NCBI GenBank assembly: GCA_038247415.1
Contig: JBBRUX010000021.1
Coordinates: forward strand, 1-64,000
Direction of reading: 5' to 3'
DNA: 64,000 bases
Origin: Chitinivibrionales bacterium
GTDB taxonomy: Bacteria > Fibrobacterota > Chitinivibrionia > Chitinivibrionales > WJKA01
In this document: positions 37,103 through 45,524 of the stretch, piece by piece
Position numbering within the stretch: the stretch's first letter is position 1
Layout of the letters: every line of letters begins with the position of its first letter
Position numbers and translations under genes: made by a program
Notes under the pieces: model-generated
The model's input: only the letters and a program-made list of their open reading frames with translations
Database searches by the model: none
What the model was told of the DNA's origin: nothing

Positions 37103-38437
37103 GTGAAGGAAAGGACTACTGTTTCTGCTGAACCCGAAATGTGTGCCGACACAGAGCCCCCCAGTACCCACAGCAGAAAAAAATCTCCCGCTGCTTCATC
37201 GTTTGCACTTTCGGGCGCTAAGCTTGACACATCTTTAGAGGCTTCAATTGCTTCGGTAATTGCAAGCAATCGTCCATCTTCCAAATCTACTGCATTTCGC
37301 AAGAAATACTTTCCCACTGCAACGCTTGCCGACTGGAACGATTGGAAATGGCAGCTTACTAATCGACTCACCACAGCCGAAGACCTTGAACGGTTTCTCG
37401 AACTTTCGCGCGCAGAGCGGAGTGCATTTACAAACGATAGCACCGTTCTTCCCTGTGCGGTTACGCCCTATTACGCATCGCTTTTGCGAGACAGTGAGCC
37501 CCTCAACCCTTTGCGGCGCAGTGTTATTCCAACCGACAATGAACATGTCCGCTCGCCGGGCGAAGCAGACGACCCTCTGTGTGAAGATCTTTACAGTCCA
37601 CACTCCTGTCTTGTGCACCGATATCCAGATCGTGTACTCTTTCTTGTTACCACACAATGTGCCACCTACTGTCGTTACTGCACCCGATCTCGCATGGTTG
37701 GCAAGCCACACGAAACAGGCACGCGCGCATCGTGGGAAGAGGCTCTTGACTATATACGATCAACGCCAACCATTCGAGATGTTCTTATTTCTGGTGGAGA
37801 TCCACTTACGCTTGCCGATGACCAGCTCGAATGGCTCCTCTCGCGCCTTCGTGCAATTCAACACGTTGAGATAATCCGGATTGGAACCAAAACACCTGCA
37901 GTTCTCCCTCAGCGTATCAATCTATCACTCATTCGCATACTCAAGCGGTTCCATCCTTTATTTATAAGTATTCATATCACGCACCCCTCAGAGCTTACCC
38001 GAGAAATGAATCAAGCCTGTATCCGGCTTGCAGATGCGGGAATTCCTTTGGGAAGCCAAACCGTACTTTTGGCAGGTATCAATGACGATGCAGAAACCAT
38101 GAAACTTCTTACCCAATCGCTTCTCAAAATTCGCGTTCGTCCCTATTATCTTTATCAATGCGATCCCATCACCGGCTCATCTCACTTTAGAACCCCCATT
38201 GCAAAAGGTATCGATATAACGCGAAGCCTTCGAGGGTTTACAAGCGGTTATGCGGTGCCAACGTTTGTTGTTGATGCACCCGGCGGTGGTGGCAAAATTC
38301 CACTCGCTACCGATTATACGGTCGGTAAGGAAGGTGGCGATTTAATCCTGAGAAATTTTAGAGGAGATCGATTCCGCTATCCAGATTATGCAGGTGCCAC
38401 TCCTGTGCGATTTAAGCAAATGGAGCTTCCACTGTAA
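37103..38437 (+). CDS. kamA: KamA-family radical SAM aminomutase (lysine 2,3-aminomutase-like)
   Basis: WNDWKWQL, HRYPDRVL, CATYCRYCTR, SGGDPL, QTVLLAGINDD, PYYLYQCD and PLP-lysine motif VDAPGGGGKIP; RBS AAGGAG. Confidence 0.9.
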   Translation: MKERTTVSAEPEMCADTEPPSTHSRKKSPAASSFALSGAKLDTSLEASIASVIASNRPSSKSTAFRKKYFPTATLADWNDWKWQLTNRLTTAEDLERFLELSRAERSAFTNDSTVLPCAVTPYYASLLRDSEPLNPLRRSVIPTDNEHVRSPGEADDPLCEDLYSPHSCLVHRYPDRVLFLVTTQCATYCRYCTRSRMVGKPHETGTRASWEEALDYIRSTPTIRDVLISGGDPLTLADDQLEWLLSRLRAIQHVEIIRIGTKTPAVLPQRINLSLIRILKRFHPLFISIHITHPSELTREMNQACIRLADAGIPLGSQTVLLAGINDDAETMKLLTQSLLKIRVRPYYLYQCDPITGSSHFRTPIAKGIDITRSLRGFTSGYAVPTFVVDAPGGGGKIPLATDYTVGKEGGDLILRNFRGDRFRYPDYAGATPVRFKQMELPL

Positions 38438-39420
38438 TGCACCTTGGTATTACCTACGATCTCCGAGAAGAGTATCTTGCTCTTGGGTATTCTCTCGAAG
38501 CAACTGCCGAATTCGACAGCATCGAAACGATCGATGCTCTTGACAAAAGTCTTGTATTGTTAGGGCACACAACTTCCCGCATAGGAAATATCCGGTCGCT
38601 TGTTGGAGAATTGGCTCAAGGAAAAACGTGGGATCTTGTTTTTAACATTTCCGAAGGAATGTACGGATTTTCCCGTGAAGCACAAATTCCTGCACTGCTG
38701 GATGCCTATGCCATTCCCTACACATTTTCCGACCCGCTCACGCTCACGCTCGCCTTGCATAAAGGTATGGCCAAGCGCGTTGTTCGTGATGTGGGAATAC
38801 CTACTGCACCATTTGCAATAGTCAATGTTTTAGCCGATTGTGATACCCTTACGTTGCCGTATCCTCTTTTTGCAAAACCAATTGCAGAAGGTACTGGAAA
38901 GGGAATTACCGCAGCTTCCCGCATTTCATCATGTCAAGATCTTAAAGAAACTTGTTCGGTACTTCTTGCAACTTATAAACAACCGGTGCTTGTTGAAACG
39001 TATCTTGCAGGAAGAGAATTTACTGTTGGCATAACTGGATATGGAGCGCTGTCTAGCGTTATTGGTAGTATGGAAATTGTGATGCGCGATAAAGCAGACC
39101 AGGGTGTATACACGTACCGAAACAAAGAGTTTTGCGAAGAACTTGTAGACTACCGCACTACAGCCGACGCTGATGCACAAAAAGCCGAAGCAGTTGCCCT
39201 AGCTGCCTGGAACGCGCTCGGTTGTCGCGATGCAGGAAGAGTTGACATACGGCTCGATGGGACAGGAGTTGCGCATTTTATTGAAGTGAATCCAGTAGCA
39301 GGAATGCACCCGACACATTCTGATCTTCCCATGATTTGTTCTCTGAATAAAATATCCTATACAGAACTCATTGAGCGTATTATCAAATCTGCAGCAGCGC
39401 GCTCTGCACTCTGTTTATGA
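38437..39420 (+). CDS. ATP-grasp ligase, D-Ala-D-Ala ligase-like (copy 1)
   Basis: VFNISEG, PYTFSD, HKGMAK, KPIAEGTGKGI, ETYLAGREFTV, RVDIR and EVNP motifs; TAATG overlap with kamA. Confidence 0.9.
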   Translation: MHLGITYDLREEYLALGYSLEATAEFDSIETIDALDKSLVLLGHTTSRIGNIRSLVGELAQGKTWDLVFNISEGMYGFSREAQIPALLDAYAIPYTFSDPLTLTLALHKGMAKRVVRDVGIPTAPFAIVNVLADCDTLTLPYPLFAKPIAEGTGKGITAASRISSCQDLKETCSVLLATYKQPVLVETYLAGREFTVGITGYGALSSVIGSMEIVMRDKADQGVYTYRNKEFCEELVDYRTTADADAQKAEAVALAAWNALGCRDAGRVDIRLDGTGVAHFIEVNPVAGMHPTHSDLPMICSLNKISYTELIERIIKSAAARSALCL

Positions 39421-40415
39421 GTAACCCTTGTGTTAAACATATAGCTATTGTTTTTAATGCCCCCTCAGCGCACGCGCTTATTGATGAAGCAGACGTCCTG
39501 GTTGAAGTTGAAGCCGTTAAACATTCTCTTGTGCAGCTTGGCTTTGCAGTTTCGGTTTTTGGAGCTACGGTTAATCTTCTTCTTCTCAAGGATTTTCTCC
39601 TTAGTCAAAAACCCGACCTTGTTTTTAATCTTACCGAATCACTCGATGGTAAAGAACGGTTAATTTGTGCCATCCCCTTGCTTTTAGATACTCTTAACAT
39701 TCCCTACACCGGTAGTGCGGCAGATCCGATGTATCTCACAAGCTGCAAAAAAATAGCCAAAGAAATTATGCTCCTCAAGGGCATTTCAACCGCTCCGTAC
39801 GCAATGGCTCAAGAAATCTTGGTCCAAAAATCCATTTCCTTCGATCCGCCTTATATCATTAAGCCTATCGATACTCACGGATCCCTAGGTATAGAAGAAG
39901 ATTCTATTTGTGAATCTTTAGAGTGTCTGCTCGTTAAACTCTCTGGCTATTCTAAAGCTGCTTTATCTCGGATAATGGTTGAAGCATTTATTGACGGTCG
40001 CGAATTCAATATTTCTCTTATGGGTAATGCTCGCTCTCTAGAAATTATGCCACCCGCAGAAATTCTTTTCGAGGATCATTTTACGCACAAGCATAATCTT
40101 GTAGGGTATAAGGCAAAATGGATCGAGGACGCTCCAGAATATGCCGGAACACCCAGATCTTTTGATTTTGGATCATCCGATGCACCTCTGCTTATCCGCG
40201 TCAAATCCTTAGCACGCGAAGCTTTTCTTGCATTTGATCTGCACGGCTATGCTCGCGTTGACATGAGAGTCTCTATGGCAGGCGTTCCCTATGTTTTAGA
40301 AGTAAATGCAAATCCTTGTATTTCTCCCGAAGGCGGCTTTGTTTCGGCTACTGCCATGGGAGGATACGATTATACAGCGACACTACACAAAATCGTGGAG
40401 ATTTCGCAATGGTAA
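39417..40415 (+). CDS. ATP-grasp ligase, D-Ala-D-Ala ligase-like (copy 2)
   Basis: VFNLTES, PYTGS, KPIDTHGSLGI, EAFIDGREFNI, YKAKW, GYARVDMR and EVNANP motifs; ATGA overlap. Confidence 0.9.
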   Translation: MSNPCVKHIAIVFNAPSAHALIDEADVLVEVEAVKHSLVQLGFAVSVFGATVNLLLLKDFLLSQKPDLVFNLTESLDGKERLICAIPLLLDTLNIPYTGSAADPMYLTSCKKIAKEIMLLKGISTAPYAMAQEILVQKSISFDPPYIIKPIDTHGSLGIEEDSICESLECLLVKLSGYSKAALSRIMVEAFIDGREFNISLMGNARSLEIMPPAEILFEDHFTHKHNLVGYKAKWIEDAPEYAGTPRSFDFGSSDAPLLIRVKSLAREAFLAFDLHGYARVDMRVSMAGVPYVLEVNANPCISPEGGFVSATAMGGYDYTATLHKIVEISQW

Positions 40416-40921
40416 CTTTTCGTACCGATGTTGTGCCCTACGACTCTAAAAATGTTAAGGCTCTTGTAGCATCCACGGGAGTTTTTCACGACTACGAAAT
40501 AGACGTTGCCCAAGAACTTGTTGACGCCAGGCTTGAGCAGGGTATCGCAAGTGGCTATTTTTTTATTTTTGCGGAACGCGAAGGCGCTCTGGTCGGCTAT
40601 TCTTGTTTCGGCCCCATAGCCTGTACTCGCGCGCGATTCGATTTATACTGGATTGCTGTTCATAAAGCATCGCAGCATTCTGGTATTGGTAAATTAATTC
40701 ACGAAGAAACAGAACGCGCAATCGCATCTGCACAGGGTGAGCGACTTTACGCAGAAACGTCCTCCACGCTTCATTATACGCCAACACGGCGGTTTTACGA
40801 ATCAGTAGGATATTCTCTTGTAGCTCAGATCGCAGATTTTTATGATAACGGGGATGACAAATGCATTTTTGAAAAGAAAATTGTAACCCAGTATAGTTCT
40901 TACGTTGATGAATTCTTTTAA
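40409..40921 (+). CDS. GNAT family N-acetyltransferase
   Basis: DLYWIAV...QHSGIGKL (acetyl-CoA motif A), ETSS...YTPTRRFYESVGY; ATG 40409 after GGAG overlaps the upstream stop. Confidence 0.9.
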   Translation: MVTFRTDVVPYDSKNVKALVASTGVFHDYEIDVAQELVDARLEQGIASGYFFIFAEREGALVGYSCFGPIACTRARFDLYWIAVHKASQHSGIGKLIHEETERAIASAQGERLYAETSSTLHYTPTRRFYESVGYSLVAQIADFYDNGDDKCIFEKKIVTQYSSYVDEFF

Positions 40922-40952
40922 CACGCATTTATTTAACCGGGAGTGATATTCT

Positions 40953-43136
40953 ATGCGATATTTCTTTTTTTGTGTACTTGCACTCGCCAGCCTCCACTTT
41001 ATACCATCGCTTGCTTTTGCAGAAAGCACTTCTGATTGTACCCAAAAACCTATTGCATCTGGGTATGGTGCCGATGGCAGATTTACCGTGAAGCTCGATA
41101 GCATTATGCTCAAAGGGGAAGGAAACGATCGCGTGTATTTCTTTCGGCCTGATACAGCGGGCCAATTTCCTTGTATCTTTTTTTGTCATCGCTATGGAGA
41201 TATTTCATATGAAGAATACTCTCACCTTATCAATCATCTGGTAAGCCGAGGAAATTGTGTTATCTATTCGCCCGCACGCACAATAGATTTCACCGAAAAA
41301 CAAATTCGCAGCACCGCAATTCCCTACACAGGGATCGTTGATGCTGTCAATTATTTTAAGACATATCTCGATACAACACTTATTGGGTGTATTGGTCACA
41401 GCTTTGGCGCCGGTGCAGCCCCTGCAATTGTTTACAACTATCTTACCGAAAAGCATTGGGGCACTCGTGGTTCCTATCTTTACCTCATGTCTCCTTGGTA
41501 CGCCTACGGTAACGACATACGCAAACTGAGGGCATTTCCTTCACAAACTTCTCTTGTTGTGCAAATTTTCGATCAGGATCGGATCAATGATCCACGCATT
41601 GGTCTTGACATTTTCAATTCTATTGATATCCCATTGCAGCGCAAAAAATTTCTTATTGTGCGCTCAGATAAAAGAGGGGATTGTCAACTGAGGGCAGACA
41701 ACTTTACTCCGTTTAGTAATAATGCCATACTGGGAGAAGAAAACAGTTTAGATTATTATGGGATTTTTAGGATTGTCGACGGCTTAGCAAACTATGCCTT
41801 TTACAAGGACACGAGCGGATACTCAATTGCCCTGGGCGGTAGTGGCGCGCGCGATATCACGATGGGACAATGGCCCGATGGTATCGGCATAAGGACAATG
41901 CTTGCTCTGGATTCACCTTCCGTTTATTTTCAAAATGGCCTTTTTGTAAACAATTGGGAAAGCTTACGCAATCCCCGCATCGATGCAACACGCTTTCGTC
42001 AGGCGAGAAAGGTTTTTGGGGGCTTTATTAAAAAAACTGCCAAACTCTATGCTACAACAATAAAAACTGCTCTCAAAGAGCCCCGCGTACAGGTCGCTAA
42101 TCTCGAGTCTGAGGGTCTTGATATAATGCCTAATCCAATACTTCACGGATTCGGCGCGGACAGCAGCTTTGGCATGACGGTTGACAGCTTTCCACGACCG
42201 GATCTTCCTTTTCCTATTCAACAAAAAGGGTGGGTGTACGTTTTTCGTCCAAACGGCATTCACATCAAAACACCTGTTCTTTTCATGTTGCACGGCTATA
42301 TCGGCCAAGATTACCAAAGTTTTCAACCGCTTATATCGCATATTGTCAGTAAGGGGATTTCGGTTGTATATCCTACATATCCGTTTTTGCCCAAATTTAT
42401 AAATGAAAAAGGCGTTTTAGATAAATACGCTTATGTGTATGCTGGCCTCGATTCGGCACTTGTACGCTTTTCGAAAGGCTTTGATACTACCCGCATCGGT
42501 TTCTTTGGGCAATCGTTTGGCGGGGGCATGGTTCCTGCTGTAGCCTATAAAATGATTGTTACCAAGCACTGGGGAAGCATGGGATCCTTCATGTTTATGA
42601 GCGCCCCTTGGTATTCGTTTGATATCACACCCGAACAGCTTGCATCATTTCCGTCTAGCACCATGCTTCTTATGCAGGTCTATAACGACGACTGGATGAA
42701 TGATCATGAAATGGCAGTTGACATTTTCAATTCAATTGGTATTCCTCAAAGTCAAAAGGATTTTGTAACACTCTATACCGATTCTCTGGATGGTTACACA
42801 ATGCTTGCTAATCACTTTTTGCCCTACGGTGTCAAGAATATGTATGGGCAGCTCAATTTACACGATTATTACGGCGTATTCAGATATTTCGATGCTCTTG
42901 CAGCCTACTCGTGGTATGGTACAGAAAGCGGCAAATCTATCGCATTGGGCCATGGGAGTAAAAAGCAATGCTTCATGGGCACATGGCCAGATGGCAAACC
43001 TATTCGCCCTGCGTCGGTTTTATTGCAGCCAAAGGCACTTCATCCAGAATTGCAATATGTTTATTCTTGGGACAACAAACTCAATCCGCGACGCCTGGTA
43101 TCTGCTCCCGTTGCGCAAGACTCTTTATCACACTAG
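40953..43136 (+). CDS. Secreted protein with two tandem alpha/beta-hydrolase domains
   Basis: Signal peptide; GHSFG at about 41394 and GQSFG at about 42507; duplicated WG..GS...MS.PWY, DIFNSI, DYYG.FR, MG.WPDG..IR and W....NPR blocks. Confidence 0.85.
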   Translation: MRYFFFCVLALASLHFIPSLAFAESTSDCTQKPIASGYGADGRFTVKLDSIMLKGEGNDRVYFFRPDTAGQFPCIFFCHRYGDISYEEYSHLINHLVSRGNCVIYSPARTIDFTEKQIRSTAIPYTGIVDAVNYFKTYLDTTLIGCIGHSFGAGAAPAIVYNYLTEKHWGTRGSYLYLMSPWYAYGNDIRKLRAFPSQTSLVVQIFDQDRINDPRIGLDIFNSIDIPLQRKKFLIVRSDKRGDCQLRADNFTPFSNNAILGEENSLDYYGIFRIVDGLANYAFYKDTSGYSIALGGSGARDITMGQWPDGIGIRTMLALDSPSVYFQNGLFVNNWESLRNPRIDATRFRQARKVFGGFIKKTAKLYATTIKTALKEPRVQVANLESEGLDIMPNPILHGFGADSSFGMTVDSFPRPDLPFPIQQKGWVYVFRPNGIHIKTPVLFMLHGYIGQDYQSFQPLISHIVSKGISVVYPTYPFLPKFINEKGVLDKYAYVYAGLDSALVRFSKGFDTTRIGFFGQSFGGGMVPAVAYKMIVTKHWGSMGSFMFMSAPWYSFDITPEQLASFPSSTMLLMQVYNDDWMNDHEMAVDIFNSIGIPQSQKDFVTLYTDSLDGYTMLANHFLPYGVKNMYGQLNLHDYYGVFRYFDALAAYSWYGTESGKSIALGHGSKKQCFMGTWPDGKPIRPASVLLQPKALHPELQYVYSWDNKLNPRRLVSAPVAQDSLSH

Positions 43137-43153
43137 CTTATCAGGAAACAACC

Positions 43154-43567
43154 ATGGGCACTCTCTCTTTTTGTCACGACTATGAACCGCTTTCCTATCC
43201 AGAATCGGACCTCATCAAAGTAGCCGCGTCAATCTTTAAAAAAGAGAACGTTAAAAAGTCGACTTCTATTACTGTGATCCTCTGTTCCGATTACACAATC
43301 CGCAAACTCAATAAGCAGTTTCGGAAGAAAGACAAAGCCACCGATGTTCTCTCTTTCCCCATTACTTCCGATGATGGTTTTTTGGGGGAGATTTACATCT
43401 CGCTACAACGGTGTGCAGTCCAAGCAAAAGACTATGGATGGAGCTACAACGAAGAAATTTCCCGGATGCTTGTTCACGGCATTTTTCACTTGCTTGGATA
43501 CGACCATCTAAAAAAAACCGAAAGAGCTGCCATGGAAGCCAAAGAACGCCTGTATTGCTCCTTTTAG
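43154..43567 (+). CDS. ybeY: rRNA maturation endoribonuclease YbeY
   Basis: LNKQFRKKDKATDVLSFP, LGEIYIS and HGIFHLLGYDH motifs. Confidence 0.95.
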   Translation: MGTLSFCHDYEPLSYPESDLIKVAASIFKKENVKKSTSITVILCSDYTIRKLNKQFRKKDKATDVLSFPITSDDGFLGEIYISLQRCAVQAKDYGWSYNEEISRMLVHGIFHLLGYDHLKKTERAAMEAKERLYCSF

Positions 43568-43683
43568 GCACAGTATGCTTACGCAAACAATCTAAATGCC
43601 ATTCTGATTTTGATTGCGATGTATTTTCCTTTTTTGGGTGATGTACTGGATACTTTACTTTTTTCTAGGGTCTTGGAGGATGT

Positions 43684-44973
43684 GTGAATTTGTACGCGCT
43701 TCAATTGATACTTCTATTTCTGTGTGTTGTAGGGTCCGCTTTTTTTTCTATAATTAAAATTGTTTTTATTACCTTTAGAGCCAATCAAGCAATTGTAGAA
43801 GACGAACTCCCAGAAAAATCGATACTTGCCATAGAGGCAATCCTTAAAGACACCCTACGATTTGCTGCTACAATCTCTCTGGGAAAAAGTGCCTCAACTG
43901 TAGGAACCGCAATTCTTGGAGTTGTTTTTTTAATGTCCCATGTTCCATCAAGAACCCCCACCCTCATATTCTTTTTTGTTATTATGCTTTTGGCTCTGGA
44001 AATATGTGCCTACACCATTCCCCATGCCCTTGCACTGCGGTACTACCGGGCCCTGGCACCCCTCTGCATTGCACTTTACAAGAGCATAAGTTGGCTCTTA
44101 TTGCCTGTTGTCATTATTCTGAGTACGCTTTCCGCCATTATTTTATCTCTTGTTAAATACGATAAACGCTTAGCCTTTTTATCCGAAGAAGAAAAACAGA
44201 GAATTAGCAAAACCGAAGACGCCGAAACGCATCTCGACGAATCGGAAAAAGAAATGATCCATAGCATCTTTGAAATGAGCGAAACCATTGTCAAAGAGAT
44301 TATGGTCCCCCGTATCAATGTAACAGGAATACCAATAACTGCCGATCTTAAAAACATTTTGGGTATTATCCGCTCGCAAGGCCATTCACGCATGCCGGTG
44401 TATAAAGATACGATAGATTCTATTGTTGGTATCCTGTATGCAAAAGATATTCTTGGGTGGCTTGCCGAAAACAAAGAGACTGCAACCTTTACCCTTAACA
44501 CGGTGATGAAAAAGCCACATTTTGTGCCAACAACTAAAAAGATCGACGAACTCATGCGTGAGTTCAAACACAAACATTTACATATTGCAATTGTTGTCGA
44601 TGAATATGGCGGGACCGCAGGGATGGTCACCATGGAAGACATTCTGGAAGAAATTGTAGGAGAAATCAACGATGAATACGATGTTGAAGAAGCAGAAATA
44701 GTAGAGGTGTCAGAGAATATCTACACCATCGATCCGCATATCGATCTCTCCGATCTTGAGGAAAAACTCTCTATCGACCTCGGGCTCAATACACCAGGAT
44801 ACACCACACTCTCTGGTCTTATTTATCATGAATACGGAGATATTCCAACCGAAAATGGAATTCTTGACTTTCGCTCGATTCGCATTAAAGTTCTCAAGAT
44901 GAATCACCAGCGCATAGAGCGCGTTTCCGTTACTGTCCTCTCTCCCAAAAAATCGGACAACGATCCCGAATAG
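43684..44973 (+). CDS. HlyC/CorC-family (CNNM-CBS-CorC) membrane protein
   Basis: TM region, EIMVPR, HSRMPVY, IVVDEYGGTAGMVTMEDILEEIVGEINDEYD. Confidence 0.93.
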   Translation: MNLYALQLILLFLCVVGSAFFSIIKIVFITFRANQAIVEDELPEKSILAIEAILKDTLRFAATISLGKSASTVGTAILGVVFLMSHVPSRTPTLIFFFVIMLLALEICAYTIPHALALRYYRALAPLCIALYKSISWLLLPVVIILSTLSAIILSLVKYDKRLAFLSEEEKQRISKTEDAETHLDESEKEMIHSIFEMSETIVKEIMVPRINVTGIPITADLKNILGIIRSQGHSRMPVYKDTIDSIVGILYAKDILGWLAENKETATFTLNTVMKKPHFVPTTKKIDELMREFKHKHLHIAIVVDEYGGTAGMVTMEDILEEIVGEINDEYDVEEAEIVEVSENIYTIDPHIDLSDLEEKLSIDLGLNTPGYTTLSGLIYHEYGDIPTENGILDFRSIRIKVLKMNHQRIERVSVTVLSPKKSDNDPE

Positions 44974-44990
44974 CCACTAAGGAGGTTACT

Positions 44991-45524
44991 ACGAATAAAA
45001 TTGTTTTTGCAGGTCTTGTTGTAGCTACAAGCATTTCTCCTCTGGCGGCATTTACCGAAATAAGTATCGATTCGTTGCATGCGCGTATCGCTAATAGTGC
45101 CCCCATGATAATGATTGACGTGCGAACAGCTTCTGAATATCAATCGGGCCATATTGCTAACACTTCATTGCACACGTGGGTAAGCCCAACAGTTTCCGAC
45201 TGGCAATCCCTGCCGTCTGGTACCGATATTGTTGTAATTTGTCAATCTGGAAACCGCGCAGGGGCGGCATCTGTTTTTTTAGATACTGCTGGTTCAAATA
45301 AATTTGCGGGGCATGTTCTGCGTATGACCGGAGGGATGACTTCCTGGTCTGCCAAGTATGCAGTTGTTGCACTTAAAGAAACTTTGGCGCGGGCGTCGGG
45401 CTCTTTTGCAGCTGCGCACGTGCAAACAAATACCTACGATCTCTCTGGCAAAGTATATCATGCACATCCAACATCTCGACGTACTCTTTTAACTTTTCAG
45501 AACAAGAAAATCATCAAGCACTAA
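44991..45524 (+). CDS. Secreted rhodanese-like protein with basic C-terminal tail; apparent ACG start
   Basis: IDVRTASEYQSGHI, CQSGNRA and MTGGMTSW motifs. TAAGGAGGT at 44978-44986 precedes an in-frame ACG that opens a signal-peptide-like sequence. Tail TYDLSGKV. Confidence 0.75.
   Translation, partial: TNKIVFAGLVVATSISPLAAFTEISIDSLHARIANSAPMIMIDVRTASEYQSGHIANTSLHTWVSPTVSDWQSLPSGTDIVVICQSGNRAGAASVFLDTAGSNKFAGHVLRMTGGMTSWSAKYAVVALKETLARASGSFAAAHVQTNTYDLSGKVYHAHPTSRRTLLTFQNKKIIKH

Noticed and set aside
37103..38437. EpmB or lysine-fermentation role for the aminomutase
   Set aside because: No efp/epmA or kamDE/kdd genes nearby; it is coupled to ligases instead.
38437..40415. Naming the two ATP-grasp genes ddl or van ligases
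   Set aside because: They lack the Ddl N-terminal GGxSxE motif and have no mur/fts or van context.
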